64,000 nt of DNA. Source: Marsupella aquatica (Eukaryota > Plantae > Marchantiophyta). This document shows positions 61,898-64,000 of this stretch, in pieces. A model generated the notes under the pieces. The model had not been told where the DNA came from, did no database searches, and saw only the letters and a list, made by a program, of their open reading frames with translations. The DNA lies in assembly GCA_973895155.1 (NCBI GenBank), contig OZ316892.1, positions 21,329,619 through 21,393,618 on the forward strand. The letters are read 5' to 3'. How positions within the stretch are numbered: position 1 is the stretch's first letter; each line of letters begins with the position of its first letter. Position numbers and translations under genes: made by a program.

Positions 61898-62455
61898 CTA
61901 ATAATCCAACGAGTGATTCCCCAGGGCTGCTTGATGCTCCTTCAAACAATGAAAGTGCCACATGGTGGGACACCTAACACAGTGGACTATGTCCACCCAG
62001 AAATCTTCATCGTGTTGACCACATGCCTTGCACTTATGAAGTGGGCAAGCTGTGGCAAGATCGGGCAAACATGAAAAACAAAAGAACCTCACACAATATC
62101 TGTCAAGGCATTTCCTAACAAGTGGTGGAGCATCAACAGAGCCCTCATAAGACCCCAACATTCCACACTGTGCACACTTAGCCTGCTTCTCCAAGCAATC
62201 AGTGCACATCCAGCCTCCCTGGTGTGCTGACGGGAGGCCCACCCCTGGACAGTTGTTTTCTGCAGCAAGGTCAGACTCCGGGTTGAGGTGGAAATGCCTC
62301 ATGCAAGGGCCCTCACATATGGCTAAGCCTCCACCATCGTCACAAATGGCACAACAATGAGCTGCCTTCTGAAGTTACTACCATTTGGCCCAACTACACT
62401 TGTGTTGCTCACCCTCTGTCCCCCGCTTCTTGGCTCGGATTTTAGGGCGTGCCAT
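61898..62455 (-). pseudogene. EDM2/NSD-like tandem PHD-finger module
   Basis: CAICDDGGGLAICEGPCMRHFH..C.GVG..WMCTDCLEKQAKCAQCGMLGS..KC..C.RFF..C..CPLHKCKAC..CVRCPTMWHFHCL follows the EDM2 PHD Cys/His pattern; two in-frame stops (TAG TAA) upstream. Confidence 0.75.
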
Positions 62456-63746
62456 GCCTACGCATGAGACAGATAGTAGAATTTAGCAGAGTGCACAGAC
62501 AATACAATTTAGCAATGTACAAAAAGTACAATGTAGCATATAAACTAGAGTGGCAATTGCTACTACAATGAAATGATCACACACAGATGCAGAGTAGACA
62601 TACTTTTTGGTTTGTTGAGCCCACACTGAAAACTGATCCCCTAGTACAATAGCTCCACCTACACCTCAATTTGTGGCTATGATTCACCAAAGGAGATCTG
62701 CAACAAGATTTAATGCATTTGAATCACATACAATAGTCATGACATGTAAAACAGGCATTTTTTGAACAGGATTGGTATCAAGCAGTGTGATCAGGGTTGT
62801 AATTTATACATCCTAAATAGGCTATGATAGTGAATGAGACAAATAAGTTAGGCATAAATCACTTTTTCTAGGTTATCACATGGCCCATAAATTCCAGTCT
62901 TTGAAAGGAGACTTTTAAGTGAGCTTGCTAGCCTCGTAAATTAGGATATTCTACTTAGTGCAACCATAATAGGATAAGTTATGTACTGTTGACCCTAAAA
63001 CCTGGACCCAAAATTGCTCATAATTCAAAATTTTAAGTAAATATCCTCTCTGTTCAAGTCCGAGTGTTAAGTTATAGGTCAATGGTCTCTGGTCTGTGCA
63101 TGCGGTGTGACAAGTGGTCCTCTAGAGCGTGTGATCCAAACATGTGTAGACACCAAAGTCATCGGTGGTGGGGTCTGGGAGGGCAAGACAAGTGACATTG
63201 CCAGGCACACTGTAGGATGGCGAGTGGTTCCAGATGATACATTGTGCTCTGTGCAAAAACCGACATCCAAGAGAATGGTCATCCAACTCTGGGACAGAAG
63301 CCCTACAGGCAGGACAGTCATATTGGCAACTATGCACACACCCTTGGCACCTAATTTGTGGTGGGTCATGTACAAGAGACACAAATACCAAGGATGTCGG
63401 GAAGGGTACTGAAGCAGGTAGAGGCCGGCTGTAGTTGTTCCTGGCAACAACAAGGTACTCAAAGTACCATGCAGACTAGGCTGGAAGGATCCCAAGTCTG
63501 ACATACTCAAGGCGCAACATCTTTGCCTTGCGTGCAAGCCGCACATGTTCAGCGTTGTGGGTCCTCACCATAAGTGCTACTTTTGTGGAGATGTCCTGTG
63601 TTCACATCCTCGGATAAGCACCTTCAATCAGCAAGGTGAGCAGGAGCTGTACTTGCCTCACCAACAGCAACCAACCTTAAATTATCAGTTCCCACTCACT
63701 GTGTCATTCCCTTGGTTCCAGCTAGAGGTCACAGTATAAACATAGT

Positions 63747-64000
63747 TGTCACGTTGTCAGCTTTGGCCTTAACTCGGGCTGCAGCTTAGACGGGCACATC
63801 CTTCATAAATATGAGGGTTCGGGCAGGGAGGGAAGCATGTAATGCACCTAATTCGTGTAAACTAGCGCTAAGTGCGCCCATTGTTAGATACGAACACCTC
63901 CTAGGTATGGTTTGTATTCCGCCACCGGAACATACCTTAGTCGATAGCAGGATAAGGGCTTCTAAGCCTTCGTGTTGCCCGCCTTCGATCCGGATTTGAT
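63747..64000. mobile_element. Probable start of another LTR
   Basis: TGTCACG start with an abrupt shift to CpG-containing sequence; partner not in window. Confidence 0.35.

Noticed and set aside
62955-62963. TAGTG as partner end of the 30545 CACTA terminus
   Set aside because: Followed by CAA rather than CAT, and adjacent bases do not match the TIR.

Overview
Eukaryotic land-plant DNA (spliceosomal introns, GLOX, F-box/kelch, SKP1 and TALE-homeobox genes; a non-seed plant such as a bryophyte is plausible but is inference). It is mostly nested transposons around a small host-gene island at about 19-30 kb. The main observation is a Mutator-like (MULE) family present as two diverged large copies (<1-~18886, interrupted by a CACTA element; and 31480-42760 with imperfect TIRs and an 8-bp TSD) plus a 373-bp non-autonomous derivative (50008-50380). 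Each large copy has a GCM-like/DDE/SWIM transposase and, divergently transcribed, a spliced gene joining a ParB/Srx-type domain (DGNHR) to a bacterial beta-class amino-DNA-methyltransferase-like domain. Each copy carries many copies of its own palindrome (GCTAGCGA-GA-TCGCTAGC versus TAGCGCC-N-GGCGCTAG), seen only in introns and non-coding DNA. This suggests a transposon-encoded ParB/parS-like self-recognition and marking system (hypothesis). Other features: a complete 9.6-kb CACTA element with a SET-domain exon placed as an alternative splice partner of the transposase first exon; a second decayed CACTA transposase beside co-oriented cargo-like pseudogenes (F-box, tandem BRCT, EDM2-like PHD, RNase H1 N-domain); an LTR retrotransposon whose ~3.5-kb LTRs encode two ORFs; and an apparently intact double-homeodomain TALE-like gene. 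All domain calls are by eye from motifs, not database searches.
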